This document shows, piece by piece, positions 1-8,344 of a DNA stretch of 64,000 nt (its first letter is position 1; each line of letters begins with the position of its first letter). Source of the stretch: an uncultured bacterium (GTDB lineage Bacteria; SAR324; NAC60-12); assembly GCA_964010765.1 (NCBI GenBank), contig CAXGMD010000005.1, forward strand, positions 1-64,000. The letters run 5' to 3'. The notes under the pieces are model-generated. The model did not search any database. It was not told the DNA's origin and worked only from the letters and a program-made list of their open reading frames with translations. The translations under genes and the position numbers were made by a program.

Positions 1-615
1 TTCTTCAGCTTTACGAAGCCGCGCTTCTGCAATAGCCGCTCTGCGACGAGCTTCTTCTGCCTTATCAGCTATGATCTCAGATTGTTCTTGAAGTCGCTCT
101 GTCTCAGCCATTCTATCAGCGGGAGCCTGCTCGACCATAATCTGAGTTTCTTCCGCCAGCGCTCTGGCTTCCTCGACCGCAGCTTGTGCATCTTCGGTAA
201 GCGATCGTTTTAGTTCCTCCTGGTCAACAACAGCTTCTTGCTCGGCCTTTGCCAGGGCCTCTTCGGCTTGTTTGATTGCATCTTCTGCGGCAGTAAGTGA
301 TCGCTTGGCTTCTTGACGTTCGGCTCTGTTGGTAGCAGAATTGACTTTTGCTTCTGCAGATTCAGCTTTCTCTTGAGCTCTTTGCACAATCTCAGCAGTG
401 GCTTCATCCGTTTCGATTGAACGAACTCGTTCAGCTACGTCATCAGCTTTTTTTGCAATCTCTTCAGCAGCAGCAGCATTTTCTTGAATCTCTAGTAGTT
501 CTTCCTCAGTTAGTTCTGCACTAGGTGGACGCGGGTCGAGTTCTTCGGTGCACCCTGCACCCAATAACATTCCCGCCAGCACGGCAGTGGCCAGTTTCTG
601 TTTCCATACCTTCAT
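1..615 (-). CDS. Ala/Glu-rich coiled-coil lipoprotein, 3' end outside the window
   Basis: Not in the ORF track. Manual translation from ATG at 615 gives MKVWKQKLATAVLAGMLLGAGC-TEELDPRPP..., open to the window edge, with a lipobox-like Cys22, GGAG upstream and a long A/E/K/R-rich helical sequence. Confidence 0.8.
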   Translation of the reverse strand, partial: MKVWKQKLATAVLAGMLLGAGCTEELDPRPPSAELTEEELLEIQENAAAAEEIAKKADDVAERVRSIETDEATAEIVQRAQEKAESAEAKVNSATNRAERQEAKRSLTAAEDAIKQAEEALAKAEQEAVVDQEELKRSLTEDAQAAVEEARALAEETQIMVEQAPADRMAETERLQEQSEIIADKAEEARRRAAIAEARLRKAEE

Positions 616-872
616 AGTGCGTACTCCGCAGTGTGAGTGAGGTTTTTGTGAATTATTCTGTTCGAGATCGATCTCACCTCAGTTAGACCTATTCCATGGC
701 CAAACCCTGCCAAAAGCAGAGCCACCAGTTTAAAAGCAGCAATTTCAGGGCCACTTTCTGAGGAAACCGTTTATATTCCAGAATTTCGTTTAAAAAGTTG
801 AAAAGCAAAGATTGACTGAAAACAGCGCTTCTCAAACAACTAAGAGAATCTCAAATCTTTTGGAGAATTACG

Positions 873-2900
873 ATGGGAATTCGCCTTCAAGGCACAGATG
901 GCATCCGAGGACCGATTCAACAACACCTCCCACCAAGTGAACATCCAGTAAAGTGGTATTTGCAAACCGGAGATATAACACCCGAATTTTTCCAACTCTA
1001 TACATATTCAACATGCTGCTTACTCCGAAAATTTGGACTGACGGAGCTCAGTAACATTATTGTCGTTGGTTGGGATTCCCGAGATTCAAGTGGTACTTTT
1101 AACAATGCAGCAATATTGGGTATTTTGCAAGCAGGGCTGGCCCCTTACTCTGTCGGGATTTTACCTACACCAGCAGTTGCCCTTCATATGCTAGCTACCC
1201 AAGCAAGCGCTGCAATAGTCATGACCGCTTCCCACAACCCTGCAGATCAAAATGGGGTTAAAATTTTTCTGGGTTCTTCTGGCTTAAAATTATTTCCGGC
1301 AGATGACGAATCATTGACAGAATTTCTTCTGAAACAACCCTGGCCTCTTCCGAGCTCAAGAATTTTTCATGACATCTGCGATGCATCCGAGGCAGCCCAG
1401 AAAAACTTTATTGCGCATCTTCTCCAAAACCAAGATTTTGAGGTTATACTAGATCAACCAGAATCTATCAATATCATTACTGACTCAGCTTTTGGTGCTT
1501 GCCAAGTAATTGTGCAGCATTTCCCCAAAAGCTGGAGCATATTTCAGCATTACAACTCAGATTGTTCAAATGAGATCAATCGTTTCAGTGGCGTAGCTGA
1601 TCTGGAGGGAACTCGCTGGTTAAGCGAACAGCACCTGAAAAACAGTCAGTGGAAAGATCACACAGCATTACATCAACTTTTTCAGAATCTACAAAAAAAT
1701 CCGAAAAGTCTTCATCTATTATGGATCTTTGATGGTGACGGAGATCGTTGCTTTATTTTAGTCGCTGATTCAACTCGACAGGGTATTCATATTCTTTCTG
1801 GTGATGCTCTAATGCTACTCATTTCCTCAGAATCTGAATTCCAAAGCCAAAATAAATATATCTTCAATACTATTGAAAGTGATTTAGAAGCTTCCAGTCG
1901 TATTTTGGGTAAGAAATTCAATCTTCGCCAGAGTGCTGTTGGCGATAAGTGGCTACTTCTGGAGGCCTTCGATTCTCGAATCAAAACTTTGAAAGAACAC
2001 CTCCGAAAGTTTTCCGGAGCAAAAAAGGATCTGATCGATGAGATTCAAAACACCTTAGTAGAAATGAAAAAACTGGGCAGGCCCAGCGCGTTTGAACTTA
2101 CTCGATTGTGGAGAAATTTGATCAAGGAGATTCCAGAAGCGAATCAATTGTCTACTGATTTCTTTTTGGGAGGTGAGGAATCGGGCCATGTCATTGTACC
2201 AGCAACTCACAACAAGGAACTTGTTTTTCTGGGTAACGGCCCGTTAGTGGCTTTCAAAGCGACCGAAATTCTTTACAAGCGCTGGTCACACAATCCAGAA
2301 GAGTTTTTCAAAAATATTGAAGTACTCCAGCCTCAGGGCACCCGCGTTACTCTACCCATTTACTATGTAGTCAAAGAAAAACTACTAGAGCCCAGATTTA
2401 GGGATGAACTATGTCAGATCATCCAAGAGAGTGCTGGAAATCTTTATCCAGAATTTATCCAAGACTGGATCAATCTTCCGGAAGACAATGAGCTTTTAAT
2501 GCTACAATTGAAGGATAAAAACACTCTGAAAATTGCGATTTTCATTAGAAATTCAGGTACTGAGGATAAGCTCTCCCTGTACATCCAAGGTAATGGAATG
2601 TCTGAAGCGGCTTTGAACGAACTCTCTGCAGAAATTTACTGGCACCTTTTGTGTCATTGCAAAAACAGAAATTCTAATTGGTACCAGTCAGAAGCTCAGA
2701 TCATGGTTGAACTTCTCAAAGAATCCACAGTTATCTCATGGCCAGAGAACCCAGTCACTAAGTTCAGGCTACTCCACGAGATGCGAAACAAACAAAAATT
2801 TATCACGGGAGGCCCAGAAAATTTGGCCCTTACAGAAATGGGAAGACGCTTCGCTCAGTTTCTTTCTGATGATGCTGACATTAGTATGGCGGGTAGATAA
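873..2900 (+). CDS. Alpha-D-phosphohexomutase (GlmM/PMM-like), extended
   Basis: Motifs GTDGIRG, TASHNP (catalytic Ser), DGDGDR (metal loop), GGEESGH and RNSGTE. Confidence 0.85.
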   Translation: MGIRLQGTDGIRGPIQQHLPPSEHPVKWYLQTGDITPEFFQLYTYSTCCLLRKFGLTELSNIIVVGWDSRDSSGTFNNAAILGILQAGLAPYSVGILPTPAVALHMLATQASAAIVMTASHNPADQNGVKIFLGSSGLKLFPADDESLTEFLLKQPWPLPSSRIFHDICDASEAAQKNFIAHLLQNQDFEVILDQPESINIITDSAFGACQVIVQHFPKSWSIFQHYNSDCSNEINRFSGVADLEGTRWLSEQHLKNSQWKDHTALHQLFQNLQKNPKSLHLLWIFDGDGDRCFILVADSTRQGIHILSGDALMLLISSESEFQSQNKYIFNTIESDLEASSRILGKKFNLRQSAVGDKWLLLEAFDSRIKTLKEHLRKFSGAKKDLIDEIQNTLVEMKKLGRPSAFELTRLWRNLIKEIPEANQLSTDFFLGGEESGHVIVPATHNKELVFLGNGPLVAFKATEILYKRWSHNPEEFFKNIEVLQPQGTRVTLPIYYVVKEKLLEPRFRDELCQIIQESAGNLYPEFIQDWINLPEDNELLMLQLKDKNTLKIAIFIRNSGTEDKLSLYIQGNGMSEAALNELSAEIYWHLLCHCKNRNSNWYQSEAQIMVELLKESTVISWPENPVTKFRLLHEMRNKQKFITGGPENLALTEMGRRFAQFLSDDADISMAGR

Positions 2901-4008
2901 ATCTAAAGCTCACTATCAAGTTCTCATCTTGGAAAGTATCTGGGAGGGGTGGAAGTTGCGAAACTGATAAAATGGCATTGACAACTGATTCCTCCATCTG
3001 AATTGAGGAACCAAAACTACTGATAATTTCAAAGCTCTCTAACTCACCAAGGCGACTTAACTGGACTTGAATAACAACATTGCCTCCATTGGGTTGTGAT
3101 CCCTGGATGTAGTCTTCTGGAGGCTGAGAATTCCACGCATATCGTAAATGTTTCGCCCATCGACCCATATAGGATTCGTAAGGCCATTGATAATTACTCA
3201 ACGTAAAGAAGCCGTCACCACCGAGACCCAATAATCCTTGTTGACCGTTACCAATCGAACTAGCCCGTGCTTCTCCAAACCACTTTGTAACCTCACCTGA
3301 TTGCCTATTTGATTTCGAAGTCTCTCGATCGATTATAGAATCACTCAGGAAGTAGTCTTCAGGCAAATTTGGCTTGTCTTCCTTTCTCAGATTTATACGG
3401 TTTCCATAACGTTGATCTTCAAATTGAGTTCCTTGCTCCTGCTTGGAAATTAGCTTAGAAAACTCTTCATCATTCAATTTCATCTTCGAAAATGAGAGCG
3501 AATCTTGCCTGTTAAAGTTCTGCCCTTCTTGATCTGAAACTGCTGCCAAAGTTGGATCCAACGCTGATGGATCTGGTTGACGGTTTAGGTTGCCCTTTGG
3601 CAAGGAAGCACTTGGCATCGGGATCAGACTCAATTCACTCTGTGATTCCTGGATTAATTTCTCCAAGTCTAATTTTACTTCGTCTTCAGGCGGGACGACA
3701 ATTTCTACAGGCATTTCAACTACGTCAAATTCAAGTTCACTGAAATCTTCCAAATCCACTATTTGCTGACTTTCTAGTGGATTCTCAGGGAATTGAATGA
3801 TGGAAGGCAAATGAACTTGATTGCTAGGAGAAACTGAATTTTTTGCCAGCCGAATCTGAACAGCACTAACCTGACGAGTGGGATAGTCCTTTAACAAGTT
3901 TAGAGTGGAAAGGAAGAAAAGATGGGTGAGGATGGAAATAATCAGGATGATTATTTCCAAGTAGTTGAGCTGATGGGTTGATTTAGTGCGTTGATTAGTT
4001 TTGTTCAA
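2881..4008 (-). CDS. TonB/TolA-like membrane-anchored protein with a TonB C-terminal-type domain
   Basis: N-terminal TM helix (SILTHLFFL), long low-complexity linker, C-terminal W..P...G.V.I...G...SS...A....LPPLP pattern. Start uncertain (TTG). Confidence 0.7.
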   Translation of the reverse strand: MNKTNQRTKSTHQLNYLEIIILIISILTHLFFLSTLNLLKDYPTRQVSAVQIRLAKNSVSPSNQVHLPSIIQFPENPLESQQIVDLEDFSELEFDVVEMPVEIVVPPEDEVKLDLEKLIQESQSELSLIPMPSASLPKGNLNRQPDPSALDPTLAAVSDQEGQNFNRQDSLSFSKMKLNDEEFSKLISKQEQGTQFEDQRYGNRINLRKEDKPNLPEDYFLSDSIIDRETSKSNRQSGEVTKWFGEARASSIGNGQQGLLGLGGDGFFTLSNYQWPYESYMGRWAKHLRYAWNSQPPEDYIQGSQPNGGNVVIQVQLSRLGELESFEIISSFGSSIQMEESVVNAILSVSQLPPLPDTFQDENLIVSFRFIYPPY

Positions 4009-4273
4009 TCACTCTTGGTACTTTGAAAAACTTTCCGTCCAGATAAGGACTAAATTGATCGGGGGAAACCTCTGATTCTGTACAGATGTCTTCACGGCCA
4101 TTCACTTGAAGTTGATCATCACGGTCTGCTATCTCACCAACATCTACCTCTTTAAGCTTTTCAAAATATTTCAAAATGACTGTGAATTGTTCAGCAAACT
4201 TTCCTACTTCTTCATCTGACAGTTCAAGCGAAGAAAGGGCCGCAATTTTTCTTACGTCATCTGGCTTAAACAT
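3995..4273 (-). CDS. gatC: Asp/Glu-tRNA amidotransferase subunit C
   Basis: DVRKIAALSSL...ILKYFEKL..VD...REDI...FFKVPRVI. Start moved to ATG 4273. Confidence 0.9.
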   Translation of the reverse strand: MFKPDDVRKIAALSSLELSDEEVGKFAEQFTVILKYFEKLKEVDVGEIADRDDQLQVNGREDICTESEVSPDQFSPYLDGKFFKVPRVIEQN

Positions 4274-4727
4274 CTGTGGAATTCTCTGCAAAAACAGGCT
4301 GTAGCATTAATTTGATTTCTGCTTGCGCTACTAACTTTCCCTCAACATGGGCTTTGCCCTCCAATACCCAAAGACTTTGACGATTTGCTTTTGCCGTTGT
4401 TGTCAAAACCACTTGGTCTCCAGGGACTACAGGATAACGAAATCGAGATTTTTCGATCCCTGCAAAAAAAACAAGTGATTGCTTGACAACGCCCTCGGGG
4501 GTTACTGAGTGAATAACAATTCCTCCAACCTGCGCCATGGCCTCCACAATCATCACACCCGGCATGACGGCCATTTGCGGAAAATGCCCTTGAAAAACCT
4601 GCTCATTGGCAGTGACGTTCTTGATGGCTTTGCAGTAATTGCCTGGATCCAACTCTAGAACTTTGTCAATTAGCAGCATCGGATAGCGGTGAGGGAGGAT
4701 TCGCTTAATTTCTTCTAGATTCATCAT
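4266..4727 (-). CDS. fabZ: 3-hydroxyacyl-ACP dehydratase
   Basis: LPHRYPMLLID, FQGHFP..VMPGV..EAMAQ, FRYPVVPGD. Confidence 0.97.
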   Translation of the reverse strand: MMNLEEIKRILPHRYPMLLIDKVLELDPGNYCKAIKNVTANEQVFQGHFPQMAVMPGVMIVEAMAQVGGIVIHSVTPEGVVKQSLVFFAGIEKSRFRYPVVPGDQVVLTTTAKANRQSLWVLEGKAHVEGKLVAQAEIKLMLQPVFAENSTDV

Positions 4728-4764
4728 GTTAAATTGGATCTGTTTGAATTGACTGTAAGCGTAA

Positions 4765-5283
4765 TCACTCGCTGTTTTGATGCTTCAGTGAATTGTAATA
4801 ATCAATAATCTTTTGAGTAAGATCAGTAGTTTCCTCTTTCATATACAGAATCACCTGAGCAGCGTTTTTTTCTAAAACCAAATCATAGTCGCTTCTTTGA
4901 GAAACCGTTCTGATAGCCGCCTTCAGATCCTGAAAAATGGCTTCTGTCAGTTTTCTTTCTTCTAATCTGAGTTCCTGCTCAAACTGTCTGACTTTCTCTC
5001 TGAGAATTCGTTGCCTATTCTGGAGTTCTTGCTCTTTTTCCTGTTTTGCTTTTGGTGTTAGCAGAGGATTGTTACGGAGATCCAAAGCAATTTGCATCAA
5101 CTCCTCTTCTTCTACCTTAAACTCCTGCTGCTTTTGTCTTCCACGACTCTCCAAAAGGTTTTTGGAACGCATACCCTCTTCCGACTCATTCAGAGCTCGA
5201 TTGAGGTCGACGACTCCAATTTCAAGGGCGTGCGCATTAGAAATCATGAAGACAAAAAGAATTATCGAAAGAAGGTATCGCAT
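4765..5283 (-). CDS. skp: OmpH/Skp periplasmic chaperone
   Basis: Signal peptide, IGVVD, coiled-coil body, YDLVL...DLT..II; adjacent to fabZ. Confidence 0.9.
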   Translation of the reverse strand: MRYLLSIILFVFMISNAHALEIGVVDLNRALNESEEGMRSKNLLESRGRQKQQEFKVEEEELMQIALDLRNNPLLTPKAKQEKEQELQNRQRILREKVRQFEQELRLEERKLTEAIFQDLKAAIRTVSQRSDYDLVLEKNAAQVILYMKEETTDLTQKIIDYYNSLKHQNSE

Positions 5284-5384
5284 TGGCCTTAGAAAATGTA
5301 AGATGGCAGGATAATCCGAAGTTTAATCGAAATAATTTTTAAAACTAACACAGTTGACGAACTTTCAAAGCCTAAAACAAGAAA

Positions 5385-5855
5385 TTATTGTATGCATTTG
5401 CCCAGCGATCCGTCTTTACAAATCTGACCATTGGTCCAGACAGCCCCTTTCAAAACCGTTCCTATCAACTTGGTATCTTCTAGTAAAGCTCCAATCAAGT
5501 TGGCTTCAAATAAAACTGCTTCCCTCAAATCAGCTCTAGTCAGATCTGCGCCCTGAAGGTTGGCTCCTTGAAGATTGGTTTGCTTCATATTGCTCCTACC
5601 CAGGTTCGTGTCACTAAGATTTGCACCGGTCAGATCACTCTTGTAGAAGTTTGCACGAAATAAGTTCGATCCTCGTAAATTTGCTCCTTGAAGTTCCATT
5701 TTTGATAGTTTTGCTTTGGTCAATCCGCACTCTTCACAAATCTTGTCTTTCTTGAAGGTCTCGAGATGGCCTTTATCAAATGCGAGAATCTCATTTGTTC
5801 CGAATAATGCGAAAACTAGTATGGAGACCCAGTAAATCTGATTAGATATCATCAA
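5385..5855 (-). CDS. Secreted pentapeptide-repeat protein
   Basis: Signal peptide, CxxC (CEEC), then tandem A(N/D)Lxx repeats. Confidence 0.9.
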   Translation of the reverse strand: MMISNQIYWVSILVFALFGTNEILAFDKGHLETFKKDKICEECGLTKAKLSKMELQGANLRGSNLFRANFYKSDLTGANLSDTNLGRSNMKQTNLQGANLQGADLTRADLREAVLFEANLIGALLEDTKLIGTVLKGAVWTNGQICKDGSLGKCIQ

Positions 5856-5947
5856 ATGCCGAAGTTAAATTAGTACTTAGAAAACACTTCTTTTAGTTGG
5901 AGAATAGGATAGTCCTCTCGAAATATAGCTAATTTTGACTTCATCCT

Positions 5948-6808
5948 TCAGATCTTTGAAAGATGTTCATCCAGTGCTTTGCGCATAATGATTTCGGGAG
6001 CCGGTCTCCCTGTCCAGAATGAAAATGCCGCTGTTCCTTGATATAGCAGCATTCCTCCCCCATTCAGATTTGGCAAACCTAGCTTCTCCGCTTCAAGCAA
6101 CAAAGGGGTTCGTGAAGGTCGATAAATTATATCTGCAACAGCCTCCAATTTATCAAATCTACTTAGATTAGCTGGAATAGAATACCCATCGCTTCCAACA
6201 GTAGTTGTATTGACTAATAAATGCAGTTCTTCTTTCTCGATTTGTTCCAAGGACACAGCACGTACGCTTTGCTGACCAAAGGATGCTTGGAGAAGCTCTA
6301 CAAGTACAATTGCACGCTCGTGATTGCGATTACAAATAAACAATCGACTAACACCAGCATTCAATAACCCCACTGCAACCCCACGTGCAGCACCGCCAGC
6401 TCCGAGCATTCCCACTGAACTTCCTGATAAGCTCAGACCTAATGGCTCTAATGAACGAATAAAACCAGTCGCATCAGTATTTTCTCCAATCCAGTGCCCT
6501 GAGTCATTTCTTAGTGTGTTGACAGCACCGATCTTACGGGCTGTATCTGTAACTTCATCTAGATATTGAAACACGTCGCTCTTATGAGGAACCGTGACAT
6601 TGATTCCCTGAACATTCAGCGCAAGTAGGCCTCTCAAGGCATCCCCCAATGAGGACGGTACAACCCGGAAAGTCACATAGACAGCATCAATTCCCAACGC
6701 AGCAAAAGCCGGATTTTGTAGTGAAGGAGACAGTGAGTGAGAAATTGGATCGCCGATTACACCATAGATCTGTGTTGTGCCATGAATCATTGACTCACTC
6801 ACTCTCAT
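5948..6808 (-). CDS. aroE: Shikimate dehydrogenase
   Basis: GDPISHSLSP, NVTVPHK, GAVNT, NTD, GAGGAA, MLLYQ. Confidence 0.96.
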   Translation of the reverse strand: MRVSESMIHGTTQIYGVIGDPISHSLSPSLQNPAFAALGIDAVYVTFRVVPSSLGDALRGLLALNVQGINVTVPHKSDVFQYLDEVTDTARKIGAVNTLRNDSGHWIGENTDATGFIRSLEPLGLSLSGSSVGMLGAGGAARGVAVGLLNAGVSRLFICNRNHERAIVLVELLQASFGQQSVRAVSLEQIEKEELHLLVNTTTVGSDGYSIPANLSRFDKLEAVADIIYRPSRTPLLLEAEKLGLPNLNGGGMLLYQGTAAFSFWTGRPAPEIIMRKALDEHLSKI

Positions 6809-7064
6809 GGAATCGTGCAGCGATCAATCCTACAGTTGCATCAAGTGCTTCTTGCTCATCTTCTCCAGTTGCTTCAACGGTGATTTGAGTACCTTGAGTC
6901 CCAGCAAGCATCAAAACATCCATGATAGTTTTGGCGTTGGCGGACTGCCCACCTTTTTTTATTAACACCTTTGATTGGAACTGATTTGTCAGCTTCACCA
7001 ATTGAGCGGCTGCCCTTGCATGCAGACCTAATCTATTGATGATTTCAACATCTTGAGAAACCAT
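6795..7064 (-). CDS. ptsH: HPr-family phosphocarrier
   Basis: 89 aa, GLHARAA with His15, NAKTIM. Confidence 0.92.
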   Translation of the reverse strand: MVSQDVEIINRLGLHARAAAQLVKLTNQFQSKVLIKKGGQSANAKTIMDVLMLAGTQGTQITVEATGEDEQEALDATVGLIAARFHESE

Positions 7065-7067
7065 CTA

Positions 7068-8225
7068 TCAAATTCCTGCCTGTTCACGTAACGCAGCAGC
7101 CTTGTCGGTTTTTTCCCAAGAAAATTCCTCTAGTTCTCTTCCAAAATGTCCGTAAGCAGCTGTTTTTCTGAAAATTGGCCGAAGTAAATTTAGAGTTTTG
7201 ACAAAACGCCCAGGTTTCATCTCAAAATTTTTCCTAATCAACTCTGAAATTTGCTCTTCACTAATTTTATTGGCCCCAAAAGTATCCACAGATACTGAGA
7301 CTGGCTCAGCAACCCCAATTGCGTAAGCCAACTGTACCTCACATCTCTGCGCCAGACCTGCAGCCACCACATTTTTAGCAATGTACCTGGCCAAGTAGGC
7401 TGCTGATCGATCGACCTTGGATGGGTCCTTACCGGAGAATGCACCACCCCCATGCCGACCCATCCCACCATAGGTATCAACAATAATTTTTCTACCGGTT
7501 AATCCTGCATCACCTTGAGGCCCTCCGATTACAAATCGCCCTGTCGGGTTGAGATGATATTGAATGTTACCCTTGTCGAATTGGGCTGGAATTACCTTCG
7601 CAATTACCTCCTTCTTCAAATCATCATGTAACCGAGACTGTTCAATCTCTGGAGCATGCTGTGTACTAATCACAATAGCGTTGACCTCTACTGCCTGACC
7701 ATCAACATAGCGCACGGTAACTTGAGATTTGCCGTCAGGACGAAGATAGGGCATTGTGCCGTTTTTTCGAACCTCGGTAAGCCTTGCTGTCAATTGGTGT
7801 GCTAGCGAAATCGGAAGCGGCATCAATTCGGGAGTTTCATCACAAGCATATCCAAACATCAATCCTTGGTCACCTGCGCCTTGCTCTTTGCCGTCGTTTT
7901 CATCAACACCTTGTGCGATATCGGCAGATTGCTGGTCTAGAGCGATCAAAACAGCACAGGTATCACAATCAAATCCCATTGCTGAATTTGTGTAGCCAAT
8001 CTCTTTGATAGTTTGCCGAACTACCCTCTGAAAATCTACTTGTGCAGTTGTTCTCACCTCACCAGCAACGACGACCATTCCCGTTGTAAGCAAGGTTTCA
8101 CAAGCCACACGACTATTGGGATCTTCCGTCAGCATTGCATCCAAAATCGCGTCAGAAATATTGTCAGCAATTTTATCCGGATGGCCTTCAGTCACACTTT
8201 CTGAGGTAAAGAGGAGTTCTCGCAT
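7068..8225 (-). CDS. metK: S-adenosylmethionine synthetase
   Basis: [35 protein letters not shown]. Confidence 0.99.
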   Translation of the reverse strand: MRELLFTSESVTEGHPDKIADNISDAILDAMLTEDPNSRVACETLLTTGMVVVAGEVRTTAQVDFQRVVRQTIKEIGYTNSAMGFDCDTCAVLIALDQQSADIAQGVDENDGKEQGAGDQGLMFGYACDETPELMPLPISLAHQLTARLTEVRKNGTMPYLRPDGKSQVTVRYVDGQAVEVNAIVISTQHAPEIEQSRLHDDLKKEVIAKVIPAQFDKGNIQYHLNPTGRFVIGGPQGDAGLTGRKIIVDTYGGMGRHGGGAFSGKDPSKVDRSAAYLARYIAKNVVAAGLAQRCEVQLAYAIGVAEPVSVSVDTFGANKISEEQISELIRKNFEMKPGRFVKTLNLLRPIFRKTAAYGHFGRELEEFSWEKTDKAAALREQAGI

Positions 8226-8344
8226 TTTAGTTCTAATTGTAGTTAGGTTAGTGAGGAAGTTTTAAGAGGTTCAAATCAGGTGTTAGTGAGGTGGGAGCAA
8301 CTTAAAATGTAAGCAATTTGAATTACGTAAAGCCACTCGTCTTG

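Noticed and set aside
697..712. Sigma54-like promoter upstream of the edge lipoprotein (minus strand TGGCAGGGTTTGGC)
   Set aside because: The GG-to-GC spacing is one base short of the strict -24/-12 requirement.
5440..5720. Repetitive DNA inside the pentapeptide gene
   Set aside because: Explained by protein-level pentapeptide repeats; not a CRISPR or DNA repeat array.
8226..8290. SAM-V/SAM-II riboswitch in the metK leader (TTTGAAC ... ACTAAA present)
   Set aside because: I could not find the P1 pairing partner, so the pseudoknot cannot be built.
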